A stretch of 64,000 nucleotides of DNA from Eubacteriales bacterium (GCA_045651985.1 JAZRTK010000026.1:36634-100633), one strand, 5' to 3'. Positions 16,386 to 25,243 are shown, numbered from the stretch's first letter. Made by a program: numbers and translations. The notes: a model not told the origin generated them from the sequence alone.

Positions 16386-16979
16386 ATGAAAAACGAAGAG
16401 CTTTTTAGAGAAATCTTTACAAAAAACACCATTCGCCTCGTCAGCGAGGGCGGATTTGAAGCGGCGACCACGAGAGCTATTGCGGGGGAACGCAGAGAAA
16501 TAAATAACGTCAGGGTGAACGAAGCGCATATTTACCGCATTTACGGCAAAAAGGAGCATTTATTCGCCGACGTCTTCTCTATGCTTGACTGTGAGCTTCT
16601 CGCCGCCGTGGGAGAGGCTTTGGACGAATTCTCCAATGAGACCGACAAGAAAAGGCAGTGGGAAATCCTCTTTTACAAGCTTTGGGACTTCCTTTTGACC
16701 GACGAGACAAAATGCAGATATTATGTCAGATATTACTATTCGGTATATTTTAAGGGCGAGCCCTTGAGAGTGCACAACGCAAAATTCAGAGATTTTGTTT
16801 GCGATCTGATGCCATATTTCGCCGAAAATGCCGACGTTTGCACCATTTTGCAGCACGTGGTTACAGTCGTTCTAAGCTTTGCCATCTGCGCTTATAACGG
16901 AACGCTCCCCAACGACGATCAAAACATTTTCCACGTTTTCAACGTCGTCTATTCATCTATCTCACCATATTTAAGATAA
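16386..16979 (+). CDS. TetR/AcrR-family transcriptional regulator
   Basis: N-terminal HTH pattern (FEAATTRAIAGE...EAHIYRIYGKKEHLF) with a helical C-terminal domain. GGAGG lies upstream. Confidence 0.8.
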   Translation: MKNEELFREIFTKNTIRLVSEGGFEAATTRAIAGERREINNVRVNEAHIYRIYGKKEHLFADVFSMLDCELLAAVGEALDEFSNETDKKRQWEILFYKLWDFLLTDETKCRYYVRYYYSVYFKGEPLRVHNAKFRDFVCDLMPYFAENADVCTILQHVVTVVLSFAICAYNGTLPNDDQNIFHVFNVVYSSISPYLR

Positions 16980-16993
16980 GCTCGGAGGTCAGC

Positions 16994-17161
16994 ATGAGAG
17001 AAAAAATTCGAAAACTCAAAATAGTTATTACAGTTTTTACCGTTCTGATCGCCATTTGCCTTTTGGCTCTTGTCTGCGTTCTCATTTTCGGCAACAACGG
17101 ACCCGTCATCGGTTCCGCTGTTGTATACGACAACGTGATCAATATTCCGGGCGGCAAATAA
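16994..17161 (+). CDS. 55-aa small membrane protein (below ORF-track cutoff)
   Basis: GGAGG lies 6 nt upstream of ATG 16994. MREKIRKLKIVITVFTVLIAICLLALVCVLIFG resembles the N-terminus of the 17793 gene product. Confidence 0.4.
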   Translation: MREKIRKLKIVITVFTVLIAICLLALVCVLIFGNNGPVIGSAVVYDNVINIPGGK

Positions 17162-17213
17162 ATTTGCTGTCGCATTTTCGTTTGGGTTATTGAAAAAGGA
17201 GGTCTAAAAACAA

Positions 17214-17732
17214 ATGAATCAAAAGAACAGGATCGAGCAGGGCTTTACACTCTGCTTGGTCTTAGCTATCATTCTCGCTATTTTGCTATATGTTTTGGCA
17301 TTTATGCTGTTTTACACCATAGAGCCTGTCAGCATAAACCTCAACGGCGGAAAACCCGTGATCGAAGATAACGAATATCTGTTTGAGCCGGGCATGACGG
17401 TCGAAAAGCCCTTTTACATAGGAAACGAGGGCTCCTGGGACGTTTATTATAAAATTTATTTGAACAACGTTTCGGGCGAATTTGCAGACCTGATCGAAAT
17501 TACGATCCTCAACGGAAAGACAGTCCTGTATGAGGGAACGGCTCAAAGCTTGACACGCGATCGAGTTTCGGTAGTCGACGACATTCTTCTCTCGGGCGAC
17601 CGACGACATCTTACCATTCGATTCCACCTGCCCGACACCGCGGAGATTTTGGAGGAAAACGGAAATCTGAAATTCGACTTTTGCGCCGATGCAGTCCAGA
17701 TCCAGAACAATTCCAACAAGAATTTTGAATAA
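17214..17732 (+). CDS. small TasA/camelysin-like secreted protein (SipW-type signal anchor)
   Basis: N-terminal hydrophobic segment, then LNGGKPVIEDNEYLFEPGMTVEKPFYIGNEG. It is a paralog of the 18760 gene and sits in the cluster with SipW. Confidence 0.65.
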   Translation: MNQKNRIEQGFTLCLVLAIILAILLYVLAFMLFYTIEPVSINLNGGKPVIEDNEYLFEPGMTVEKPFYIGNEGSWDVYYKIYLNNVSGEFADLIEITILNGKTVLYEGTAQSLTRDRVSVVDDILLSGDRRHLTIRFHLPDTAEILEENGNLKFDFCADAVQIQNNSNKNFE

Positions 17733-17792
17733 CCGGATCTTCGCTCTCCATTTACACGTATTTAAGACAAATCAAGCTTCGGAGGTCGATAC

Positions 17793-18770
17793 ATGAGTAA
17801 AAGACTTCAAAAAATAAAGATCGTTATATTTGTTTTTTCCATTCTCCTTGCGCTCAGCCTTGCATCTCTTGCGGGAATTCTCCTTTTCGGGCGCGCTGAG
17901 CTGTCCGTTGACTCCGATTCGGTTACCGACAATTACATAAAGCCCACAGTCAACGCAAACGGTACTATCACAACAAAAAGCCAATGCCTCGCGTCACCCG
18001 TTATGCTCAGTACACCTCTTTTAACCGCTGATCTTTCTCGTGGCGTCCCTTTAACGGCTTCTCAAAAGACCGTCATCGAGTCGGATAGTACGAAGGATAC
18101 CGTTATACGCATATACAAAAGACACGCTCAGGACAGCACCCCGTTCCGCTTGTTCAATATGTTTCCCGGCGACAGCCACACAAGATCTTATTTTGTTGAG
18201 GTGTCCCACAAAGGAACCGTTACGGTCCGTTTCCGCGCAAATATTCTTCAGGGCAGTGAAAAGCTGGCTGAGGTGCTGAAATGCAAGATCGTGATACGAG
18301 GCGAAAACAAGCCTCTGTTTGACGGTCTTATGCGTGATATGCCGAGTAGTCTCAAACATCGCGTTTCCGCTTTGTTTAACAAAACCACCGAGTTGGTCTA
18401 CGATGTCACGGTCTATCTTGATACGAGCGTAGGCAATGAGTATATGGACAAAGCATTGGCTGCAGATTTCTGCTGGTGGGTCTGTGACAGCGGCAGCGAC
18501 CCTTATCCCCCTTCAACAGACCCCCTTGACACCAATACCGCCGATCCCGATGATTCTACGTCTTCCGACGTGACCGCCGATCCGACAGACACTACCGACT
18601 CCGATCCCGATGACGGCGAGCTCGTCTCTCCCGAAACGGGCGTAAACGTGCATTTTTGTATCTGGTTTTGGATCGCAATGATATCAATTTTTATTAACTT
18701 CATCCTTCTCAGACCGGGACGGTGTGCAAAAAACGGCGAACAGGAGGATAAGACGACAAATGACAAATAA
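17793..18770 (+). CDS. TasA/camelysin-like protein with acidic S/T/D/P stalk and (S/P)PXTG-type cell-wall sorting signal
   Basis: FNMFPGDSHTRSYFVEVSHKG core. SPETG (nt 18627-18641) is followed by a hydrophobic helix and the basic tail RPGRCAK. Confidence 0.7.
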   Translation: MSKRLQKIKIVIFVFSILLALSLASLAGILLFGRAELSVDSDSVTDNYIKPTVNANGTITTKSQCLASPVMLSTPLLTADLSRGVPLTASQKTVIESDSTKDTVIRIYKRHAQDSTPFRLFNMFPGDSHTRSYFVEVSHKGTVTVRFRANILQGSEKLAEVLKCKIVIRGENKPLFDGLMRDMPSSLKHRVSALFNKTTELVYDVTVYLDTSVGNEYMDKALAADFCWWVCDSGSDPYPPSTDPLDTNTADPDDSTSSDVTADPTDTTDSDPDDGELVSPETGVNVHFCIWFWIAMISIFINFILLRPGRCAKNGEQEDKTTNDK

Positions 18771-19308
18771 GACAGTTACCGAACGCCAAGTGAGGATAAG
18801 TATCCTTATGGTTGTGCTTCTTGCCATCGCTCTGTGCGTGACCACCTACGCGTTGTTCTATGCCACCGTGTCCGTAACGGGAAACTTTTTCGGGACCGGC
18901 TACGTGAGCATCGACCTCAACGGAGGTAAGCCTATTATTGAAGCACACGAGTATTTGTTTGAGCCCGGCATGACCGTTGAAAAACCCTTTTACGTGCAAA
19001 GCGACAGTTCGTGGGCGGTGTACTTCAAGATCTATTTTGATAAGGTTGAAGGAGGTCTCGCCGACGTTCTGGAGATCACCGTTCTTGACGGAGACAAGGT
19101 CTTATACCGGGGAACGGCAGCCCGCTTGACACGGCAAACCGTGTCGGCTGCCGACGATGTTCTCCATCCGGGAGAACGAAAGGATCTCACCATTCGTTTC
19201 CATATGCCCAAAACCACGGGTAATTCGGCAAAAAACATGAGTCTTGCTTTTGATTTCTGTGCCGATGCCGTCCAGATGAAAAACAATCCAAACAGAGAAT
19301 TTGAATAA
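18760..19308 (+). CDS. small TasA/camelysin-like secreted protein, paralog of 17214
   Basis: Start moved to ATG 18760 (AGGAGGA upstream). TTYALFYATVS is signal-like, and LNGGKPIIEAHEYLFEPGMTVEKPFYVQSD matches the paralog. Confidence 0.7.
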   Translation: MTNKTVTERQVRISILMVVLLAIALCVTTYALFYATVSVTGNFFGTGYVSIDLNGGKPIIEAHEYLFEPGMTVEKPFYVQSDSSWAVYFKIYFDKVEGGLADVLEITVLDGDKVLYRGTAARLTRQTVSAADDVLHPGERKDLTIRFHMPKTTGNSAKNMSLAFDFCADAVQMKNNPNREFE

Positions 19309-19325
19309 CAGGAAGGAAATATGAA

Positions 19326-20015
19326 ATGAGGAAGGCATTGAAAATAACTTCTGCCGTTCTGGTATGGGTCCTCGTTGCCGTGACAGTGGGCATAATGATC
19401 TTCACCGTAATATCGGTAAACACCCTTGACCGCTCAAACAGAAGCATTTTCGGATACAAATTCTTTATCGTCCGCTCCGACTCCATGAGCGCCACCGATT
19501 TCAAGGCGGGAGACATCATATTCGTAAAGAATTGTGACCCCGCGACACTCAAGGTAGGCGATATTATCGCATTTACCTCGCAGAATTCCCACAATTTCGG
19601 CGAAACCGTCACCCATAAAATCAGAGAAAAAACCACCGATGCGGACGGAAATCCCGCATTCGTTACATACGGAACGACCACCGATGAAAATGACGAATCG
19701 GCGGTCACTTATCCGTACGTACTCGGAAAATATACGGGCAAGATACCGAACGTGGGCTCGTTTTTTCAGTTTATCAAGACGACGCCCGGTTACATTCTCT
19801 GTATTCTCGTTCCCTTTCTTCTGCTTATCCTTTATCAGGGCATCAACTGTATCAGGCTGTTCAGAAGATACAAAAAAGAACAGATGCAGGAGATCATATC
19901 CGAGCGTGAAAAAATCGAAGAGGAACGCAGACAGTCCGCAGAAATGATGAAAGAGCTGCAAGAGCTCAAAGCCCAGCTTGCCGAAAAGGAAGGCGCGGGC
20001 ACTCCTAAAGAATAA
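19326..20015 (+). CDS. sipW: signal peptidase I, SipW (ER/archaeal) type
   Basis: N-terminal TM, catalytic-Ser motif IVRSDSMSAT, His motif ETVTHKI, a second TM and a charged coiled C-terminal tail. Confidence 0.85.
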   Translation: MRKALKITSAVLVWVLVAVTVGIMIFTVISVNTLDRSNRSIFGYKFFIVRSDSMSATDFKAGDIIFVKNCDPATLKVGDIIAFTSQNSHNFGETVTHKIREKTTDADGNPAFVTYGTTTDENDESAVTYPYVLGKYTGKIPNVGSFFQFIKTTPGYILCILVPFLLLILYQGINCIRLFRRYKKEQMQEIISEREKIEEERRQSAEMMKELQELKAQLAEKEGAGTPKE

Positions 20016-20023
20016 AAATCTAA

Positions 20024-20043
20024 ATAAACGGTAAGTGCCGTTT
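20024..20043 (+). terminator. weak hairpin after sipW
   Basis: TAAACGG-taagtg-CCGTTTA followed by an AT-rich tail. The stem is short. Confidence 0.3.
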
Positions 20044-20086
20044 ATCATAATTTTAATAACATTCATAAATAGGAGGTATTAAGAAA

Positions 20087-21439
20087 ATGACGAATGTTAT
20101 AACAACAAAGAAAGCTCTGCTGAGCAGCGCAGTGGCGCTTCTTCTCTGCTTTGCAATGCTCATGGGAACCACGTTTGCGTGGTTTACCGACTCCGCTGCT
20201 TCCGGCAGCAACGTAATTACCGCAGGTAACCTTGACATCGTTGTTGAGTACACACTTGACGGCGAGACATGGAAGACACTTGACGGCGCAAACGATTTGT
20301 TCCAGAAGGGTCTCTGGGAGCCCGGCCATACCGAGGTTGTTGCTCTCCGTATCAAGAACAATGGTACTTTGGCTCTGAAATATGCGGCTAACATGAACAT
20401 TGTTAATGAAAACGTTGGTAAGACCAAGGACGGCGCGGATATCGTTCTCTCCGACATTCTTACTGTTAATTCGATCATTATGGATACAGGAGCAATGGGC
20501 GATGTTCTGCTTGGAGTGGCTTTCAGCGACGAAAGCACATTGCAGTACGAGAACACAGCTTCTTTTAAGAAGGCTAATGTTCTTGGTTCTGATGAAATGC
20601 TTCTCGCAGGCGCGTCAAAGTATCTCATCGTCAAGGTCGACATGGCTGAGACCGTAGGCAACGAAGCTAACCACAACGGTACAAACATTCCTTCCATCAA
20701 CTTTGGTATCAACGTTCTTGCAACTCAGTTTACATACGAGAATGACAGCTTTGGTAAGGATTACGATGAGGATGCGGAGTACCCTGTAGTCGATGCAGCC
20801 GGACTCAAGGAGGCGCTCGCTTCCGGCGTTGAAAATATCGCGCTTTCCGCCGATATCACCGTTAATAAGAATGAGACTGTTACCGTTGCATCCGGTGTGA
20901 ATGCTACTATCAACCTTAACGGTCATACTCTGTCTACTTCTGCTGACAAGAGCGGAAATCAGGAAATGTTCCTGGTCAAGGGCAACCTGACCGTTGAAAA
21001 CGGTAAACTTCAGATGACCGCTCAAAATAACCAGGAATGGAACGCCATGGCAGCAATTTTTGACGTTACCGCCGGCGGCGTCCTGACCATGAAAAATGTT
21101 GAAGCGAGTGTAAGCGGCACGGATATGAACTTTATCGTTCATTTGAACAACTGGGGCTCTGCAACTCTGACGGTCGAGAACTGTGACTTCACTGCTTCTT
21201 ACTGTGGTGTACGTGCCTTTAACAGCGGCTATGACATGAACACTGTTACCATCAAAAACACCGACTTCCACGGCGGAAGAATGTTCTGGGTACATAACTA
21301 CACATCTGAGGGGAAGGACGATTCCACTTTGACTCTGGACATCTACAACAACGGCAACACATCTGATAATGCAAAGCCCGTTCGTTTCGGCTTCAGCAAT
21401 TCTGTTTACTACGATCTTGACGGTAATGTGATCAGCTGA
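20087..21439 (+). CDS. SipW-dependent-signal TasA-like N-domain fused to beta-helix/adhesin-like C-domain
   Basis: MLMGTTFAWFTDS is the SipW-cognate signal hallmark. WEPGHTEVVALRIKNNGTLALKY is camelysin/TasA-like. The C-terminal part has repetitive beta-strand motifs (VTVASGVNATINLNGHTL...). Confidence 0.75.
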   Translation: MTNVITTKKALLSSAVALLLCFAMLMGTTFAWFTDSAASGSNVITAGNLDIVVEYTLDGETWKTLDGANDLFQKGLWEPGHTEVVALRIKNNGTLALKYAANMNIVNENVGKTKDGADIVLSDILTVNSIIMDTGAMGDVLLGVAFSDESTLQYENTASFKKANVLGSDEMLLAGASKYLIVKVDMAETVGNEANHNGTNIPSINFGINVLATQFTYENDSFGKDYDEDAEYPVVDAAGLKEALASGVENIALSADITVNKNETVTVASGVNATINLNGHTLSTSADKSGNQEMFLVKGNLTVENGKLQMTAQNNQEWNAMAAIFDVTAGGVLTMKNVEASVSGTDMNFIVHLNNWGSATLTVENCDFTASYCGVRAFNSGYDMNTVTIKNTDFHGGRMFWVHNYTSEGKDDSTLTLDIYNNGNTSDNAKPVRFGFSNSVYYDLDGNVIS

Positions 21440-21537
21440 TTGTTTCTCTTTTAAGATCAATACTCAGCAAGAAACACACATATCCCGTCAAGGATCATCC
21501 AAACGTATATGGGACACGGGCTACTGCGTAGCTGCGA

Positions 21538-21627
21538 GTGTTTTTCATATATTCTTCCCATCCAACTCTCCTTCGGGGGAGTTGGGCGGCAGTCAATGGG
21601 CATAAGTTCTAAATTTATGCCTTTTGA
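21538..21627. repeat. about 90-nt double-hairpin intergenic element, copy 1
   Basis: GTGTTTTTCATATATTCTTCCC...CAACTC.CC-ttcg-GGGGAGTTGGGCGGC.GTCAATGGGCATAA...TTATGCCTTTTGA. It is near-identical to the copy at 23648. Confidence 0.7.
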
Positions 21628-21745
21628 TTGCTGAAAAAGACAGCAAAAGATCAAACAGGCTCTTATGCGCGTTGGGTCAACGGTCAGCGCATAAGCGGCT
21701 TCAATACTTCCCAACGTTGGCAAATAAAAAAGGAGGTCATGATAA

Positions 21746-23602
21746 ATGACAAACGCAAAAACAACCAAAAAAGCGTTGCTCACATCTGCAGTTGCACTTC
21801 TGCTCTGCTTTGCAATGCTCATGGGAACCACGTTTGCGTGGTTTACCGACAGCTCAGCTTCCGGCAGCAACGTGATCACCGCAGGTAATCTTGACATCGT
21901 TGTTGAGTACACACTTGACGGCGAGACATGGAAGACCCTCGACGGCGCAAACGATCTGTTCTCAAAGGGTCTCTGGGAGCCCGGCCATACCGAGGTCGTT
22001 GCTCTCCGCATAAAGAACAACGGTACTCTGGCTCTGAAATATGCGGCTAACATGAACATTGTTAATGAGACCAAGGGTAAGACCAAGGACGGCGCGGATA
22101 TCGTTCTCTCCGACATCTTGACTGTCACTACTGTTACCCATCAGGTTAACCAGGTTGGAGACATTCTGCTCGACATGGTGTTTGGTGGTAGCCAAAACAC
22201 AGATACCGGTGCTGCTAAAGCATTTAAATCCGGCAATATCCTCGCATCTGACCAAGAACTTCTCGCAGGAGATGCTCACTATGTAATCATCACGGTCGAC
22301 ATGGCAGAGACTGTTGGCAACGAAGCTAACCACAACGGTACAAACATTCCTTCCATTAACTTCGGCATCAACGTTCTTGCAACTCAGTTTACATACGAGA
22401 ATGACAGCTTTGGCAACAAGTACGATAAGGATTCCGAATACCCTGCAACAAACACAGCCGACGTTTGGGATGGCTCCATTGATATTTCTTGGTACACGGA
22501 TAACCCCGATGCAACAGAATTTTCACTTAATACCGCAAGCGCGGTTGCTGGACTTGCCGCTCTGGTAGACGGCTCGGCAGTTGTTCCTGCAGACGTTTCA
22601 TCGGAAATAACCCTTCCTGTAACCTTTGATGGAAAGACTGTAATATTGAAAAATGACGTAGACCTTGCCGGCATCTTATTCAACCCGATCGGTTCTTACA
22701 GAAAAGAGGTTGCATTCACCGGTACATTCGACGGCAACGGCAAAACCATAAAGAATCTGAGCCAGAACACATGGGAGCTGAACACAGGCTATTATTACGA
22801 TGATCTTGGTTTGGGACTGTTTGGCTTGGTTGAAGATGCCCACATCAAGAATCTTAATATTGACAGCGCATCAATTTCCGGAGAATCCGGTATGGTCGGT
22901 ATCGTTGCCGCAGCGGCTTACGGCGACTGTGTTTTTGAAAACATAAAGGTAACAAATTCCCAGGCTGCAGATTACCAGTATTATGCAGGCGGTATCGTCG
23001 GTTGGGCAAGCGGCGAACAGACGTATAAGGGCATTGTCGTGGATGAGTCTACTGTTATTGGCGGACAGTGGGGCGATTTCGGTAACGCCAACGGAGGTAT
23101 TATCGGCGGCGCAGGCACAAGCGGCACCTATCATTTTGAGGATTGTACCGTTGCCTGCCGTATAGATGCCGTCAACGACATTGTCTCTGCTTATCAGTGG
23201 TATTGCTACCGCAATTGTGGCATGCTTATCGGTAAAGTTGATAGCTATGTTACGGATGAAGTCGTAAACGTTGTTGCAGAAAACGTAACCTGCAAGAATG
23301 TTACCGTTATTTACAACGATTGGGCAAATTACACCTACTGCGAGTTTGCAGGCACCAGCTATCCTTACGTTCGTGTTCAGGCTGGAACCAGTGTAGATGC
23401 TTACAGCAACATTCGTTACGGTCATCCGACCGATGCTAACGGCAATACGGTAGTGGATGATAATCACGTACATAATGACGGTGAAGATCACCATCTTCTT
23501 ATTGCGTTTGACCAGCTCTTCGGCGGTCCCGCAAATCATCGTTATTGCTACTACGGTGTTGCGGAGCATGAAGGCGTAACGGTTGTTTATAACAACAAGT
23601 AA
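21746..23602 (+). CDS. SipW-dependent-signal TasA-like N-domain fused to GLUG-like/beta-helix C-domain
   Basis: The N-terminal ~235 aa are near-identical to the 20087 product except for a variable central stretch. The C-terminal part has GLFGLVEDAHIKNLNI and GGIVGWASG type repeats. Confidence 0.75.
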   Translation: MTNAKTTKKALLTSAVALLLCFAMLMGTTFAWFTDSSASGSNVITAGNLDIVVEYTLDGETWKTLDGANDLFSKGLWEPGHTEVVALRIKNNGTLALKYAANMNIVNETKGKTKDGADIVLSDILTVTTVTHQVNQVGDILLDMVFGGSQNTDTGAAKAFKSGNILASDQELLAGDAHYVIITVDMAETVGNEANHNGTNIPSINFGINVLATQFTYENDSFGNKYDKDSEYPATNTADVWDGSIDISWYTDNPDATEFSLNTASAVAGLAALVDGSAVVPADVSSEITLPVTFDGKTVILKNDVDLAGILFNPIGSYRKEVAFTGTFDGNGKTIKNLSQNTWELNTGYYYDDLGLGLFGLVEDAHIKNLNIDSASISGESGMVGIVAAAAYGDCVFENIKVTNSQAADYQYYAGGIVGWASGEQTYKGIVVDESTVIGGQWGDFGNANGGIIGGAGTSGTYHFEDCTVACRIDAVNDIVSAYQWYCYRNCGMLIGKVDSYVTDEVVNVVAENVTCKNVTVIYNDWANYTYCEFAGTSYPYVRVQAGTSVDAYSNIRYGHPTDANGNTVVDDNHVHNDGEDHHLLIAFDQLFGGPANHRYCYYGVAEHEGVTVVYNNK

Positions 23603-23647
23603 ACCAGAAAAAATCGATATGAAACACCGGTCTCTCTGTGACCGCTC

Positions 23648-23738
23648 GTGTTTTTCATATATTCTTCCCCTCAACTCCCCCTCGGGGGAGTTGGGCGGCG
23701 GTCAATGGGCATAAAAACAAGACTTTTATGCCTTTTGA
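23648..23738. repeat. about 90-nt double-hairpin intergenic element, copy 2
   Basis: Same element as 21538-21627, sitting the same distance class downstream of the paralogous gene. Confidence 0.7.
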
Positions 23739-23776
23739 CCGACGCCGTAAACGTTTTTTAGAAAGGAAGACGGAGA

Positions 23777-25231
23777 TTGAAAAAAATCACCCTCACAAAG
23801 CAACAAAATAATAAGAAAATTTCGGCTTGCTCCTCGCTGTCAGATGGCATTTTCTATACGAAAATGACCCTCTCGCTTTTGACTATATTCGCTTGTCTGG
23901 TAATGATAGTCTCCTCCGCATTCGCGTTCTTCTTCACGTCGGTAGAAACGGACGGTGCAACCCTTTATGGTGCATATTATTCGCTTGAAATATCCGGAGC
24001 GACCGACAACAGCTACACAGCTCCTCTTGCCTTTGAGGACAAACATGTCTTCAAAATAAAGGCAACGGGCAATGCGACGACAGGCTACTGCAAGATCCGG
24101 ATCGGAGAAGACACCTATTACACCGAGCAGATAAACCGCGACGAGACCCTTTCCCTCACCGTTGTGGCGGCAAAAGGAACCGTCATTAAGTTTGAGCCTC
24201 ATTGGGGCTCAAACACAGCCAATAGAACCATCTCCGACACCATCAAACATTCCGTTACCCCGTCCGCACCCTACACCGTTGAGGTAACGGCAAAGCTCGA
24301 GGATATAGCTCTTTACTACGGCGTATCCGAGAACGATATTCTCACGTACAATGCCCTGACACAGATAAAAGTAGGCGACGCTCTGAAAATTCCCGGCGTT
24401 GACCCTGACACAAAGCCTTACGCGGTGCCCTACGCGGAATATAAGGTAGAGCCTACGGCAGATATTATGGACATCGCATTTTACTACGGAATAAAAGAAG
24501 AATACATTCTGACCTATAACAATATCAGTAATATCACCGTCGGCTCTGTTTTAAAGATCCCCGGAGTTGACAGGGAAACCACCCCCTATGCCGTCTCGTG
24601 CGTTTCCTTGAAGATCACCGATGGGGCAACTCTTAAAGGAATTGCCGAGCATTACGGTATTTTGGAATCGGATATTCTTACGTACAACAACATCTCGGCT
24701 CTGACCATCGAGACGACTATAAGAATTCCAGGCGCAACCGCAGCAACGACTCCTTACGTCGCTCCCGATCCCGATCCGATAAATAACGCTTACTATCAGA
24801 TCACAACCAAAAACAAGCTGACAGACAAGGATACCAAAGAGCTTCTTATATACCGAGGCAGATATTTCGACCCAAAGAAGGACATGAAGGTATTTGAGCT
24901 TGTGGACGACAAGGAAGGACAGAATTACGTAACCCTAAGAAACAAGGTGAAAGACCTCTCCTTCTGCTTTGCCTTGAAGGATAGCGTTGAGTCGGGCTAT
25001 TTGAAGATAATTATCGGCGAGAGCAACTATTACTCCGTTCCAATTAAAAAGGATTCCTACGTGAGACTTGATATATCCGCCGTGATAGGCACCGATATCC
25101 GCATCGAATTCTGTCGCGGCGAAATTGACCCGAAGCTTGACATCACGACCTTCTACGGTGATGATCTCAAGAACGAGATCAACGAGAAGAACAGAAAACT
25201 CGATCATACGATTCTGTCAAAAACGGAATAA
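23777..25231 (+). CDS. secreted protein with three LysM domains flanked by two related domains
   Basis: TTG start. SSAFAFFFTS is a signal-like segment. There are three LysM repeats (..DIALYYGVSENDILTYN..KIPG and two more, about nt 24272-24730). Confidence 0.75.
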   Translation: MKKITLTKQQNNKKISACSSLSDGIFYTKMTLSLLTIFACLVMIVSSAFAFFFTSVETDGATLYGAYYSLEISGATDNSYTAPLAFEDKHVFKIKATGNATTGYCKIRIGEDTYYTEQINRDETLSLTVVAAKGTVIKFEPHWGSNTANRTISDTIKHSVTPSAPYTVEVTAKLEDIALYYGVSENDILTYNALTQIKVGDALKIPGVDPDTKPYAVPYAEYKVEPTADIMDIAFYYGIKEEYILTYNNISNITVGSVLKIPGVDRETTPYAVSCVSLKITDGATLKGIAEHYGILESDILTYNNISALTIETTIRIPGATAATTPYVAPDPDPINNAYYQITTKNKLTDKDTKELLIYRGRYFDPKKDMKVFELVDDKEGQNYVTLRNKVKDLSFCFALKDSVESGYLKIIIGESNYYSVPIKKDSYVRLDISAVIGTDIRIEFCRGEIDPKLDITTFYGDDLKNEINEKNRKLDHTILSKTE

Positions 25232-25243
25232 TAATATTAAATC

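Noticed and set aside
16211-16471. 86-aa minus-strand ORF spanning the right dyad site and the TetR-like gene start
   Set aside because: It is antisense to a well-supported TetR N-terminus and covers operator-like repeats. It has no RBS.
20053-22128. Two similar minus-strand ORFs (219 and 223 aa) opposite the TasA-like paralogs
   Set aside because: They resemble each other only because the sense-strand genes are duplicated. They run through the sense genes' start regions and have no signals of their own.
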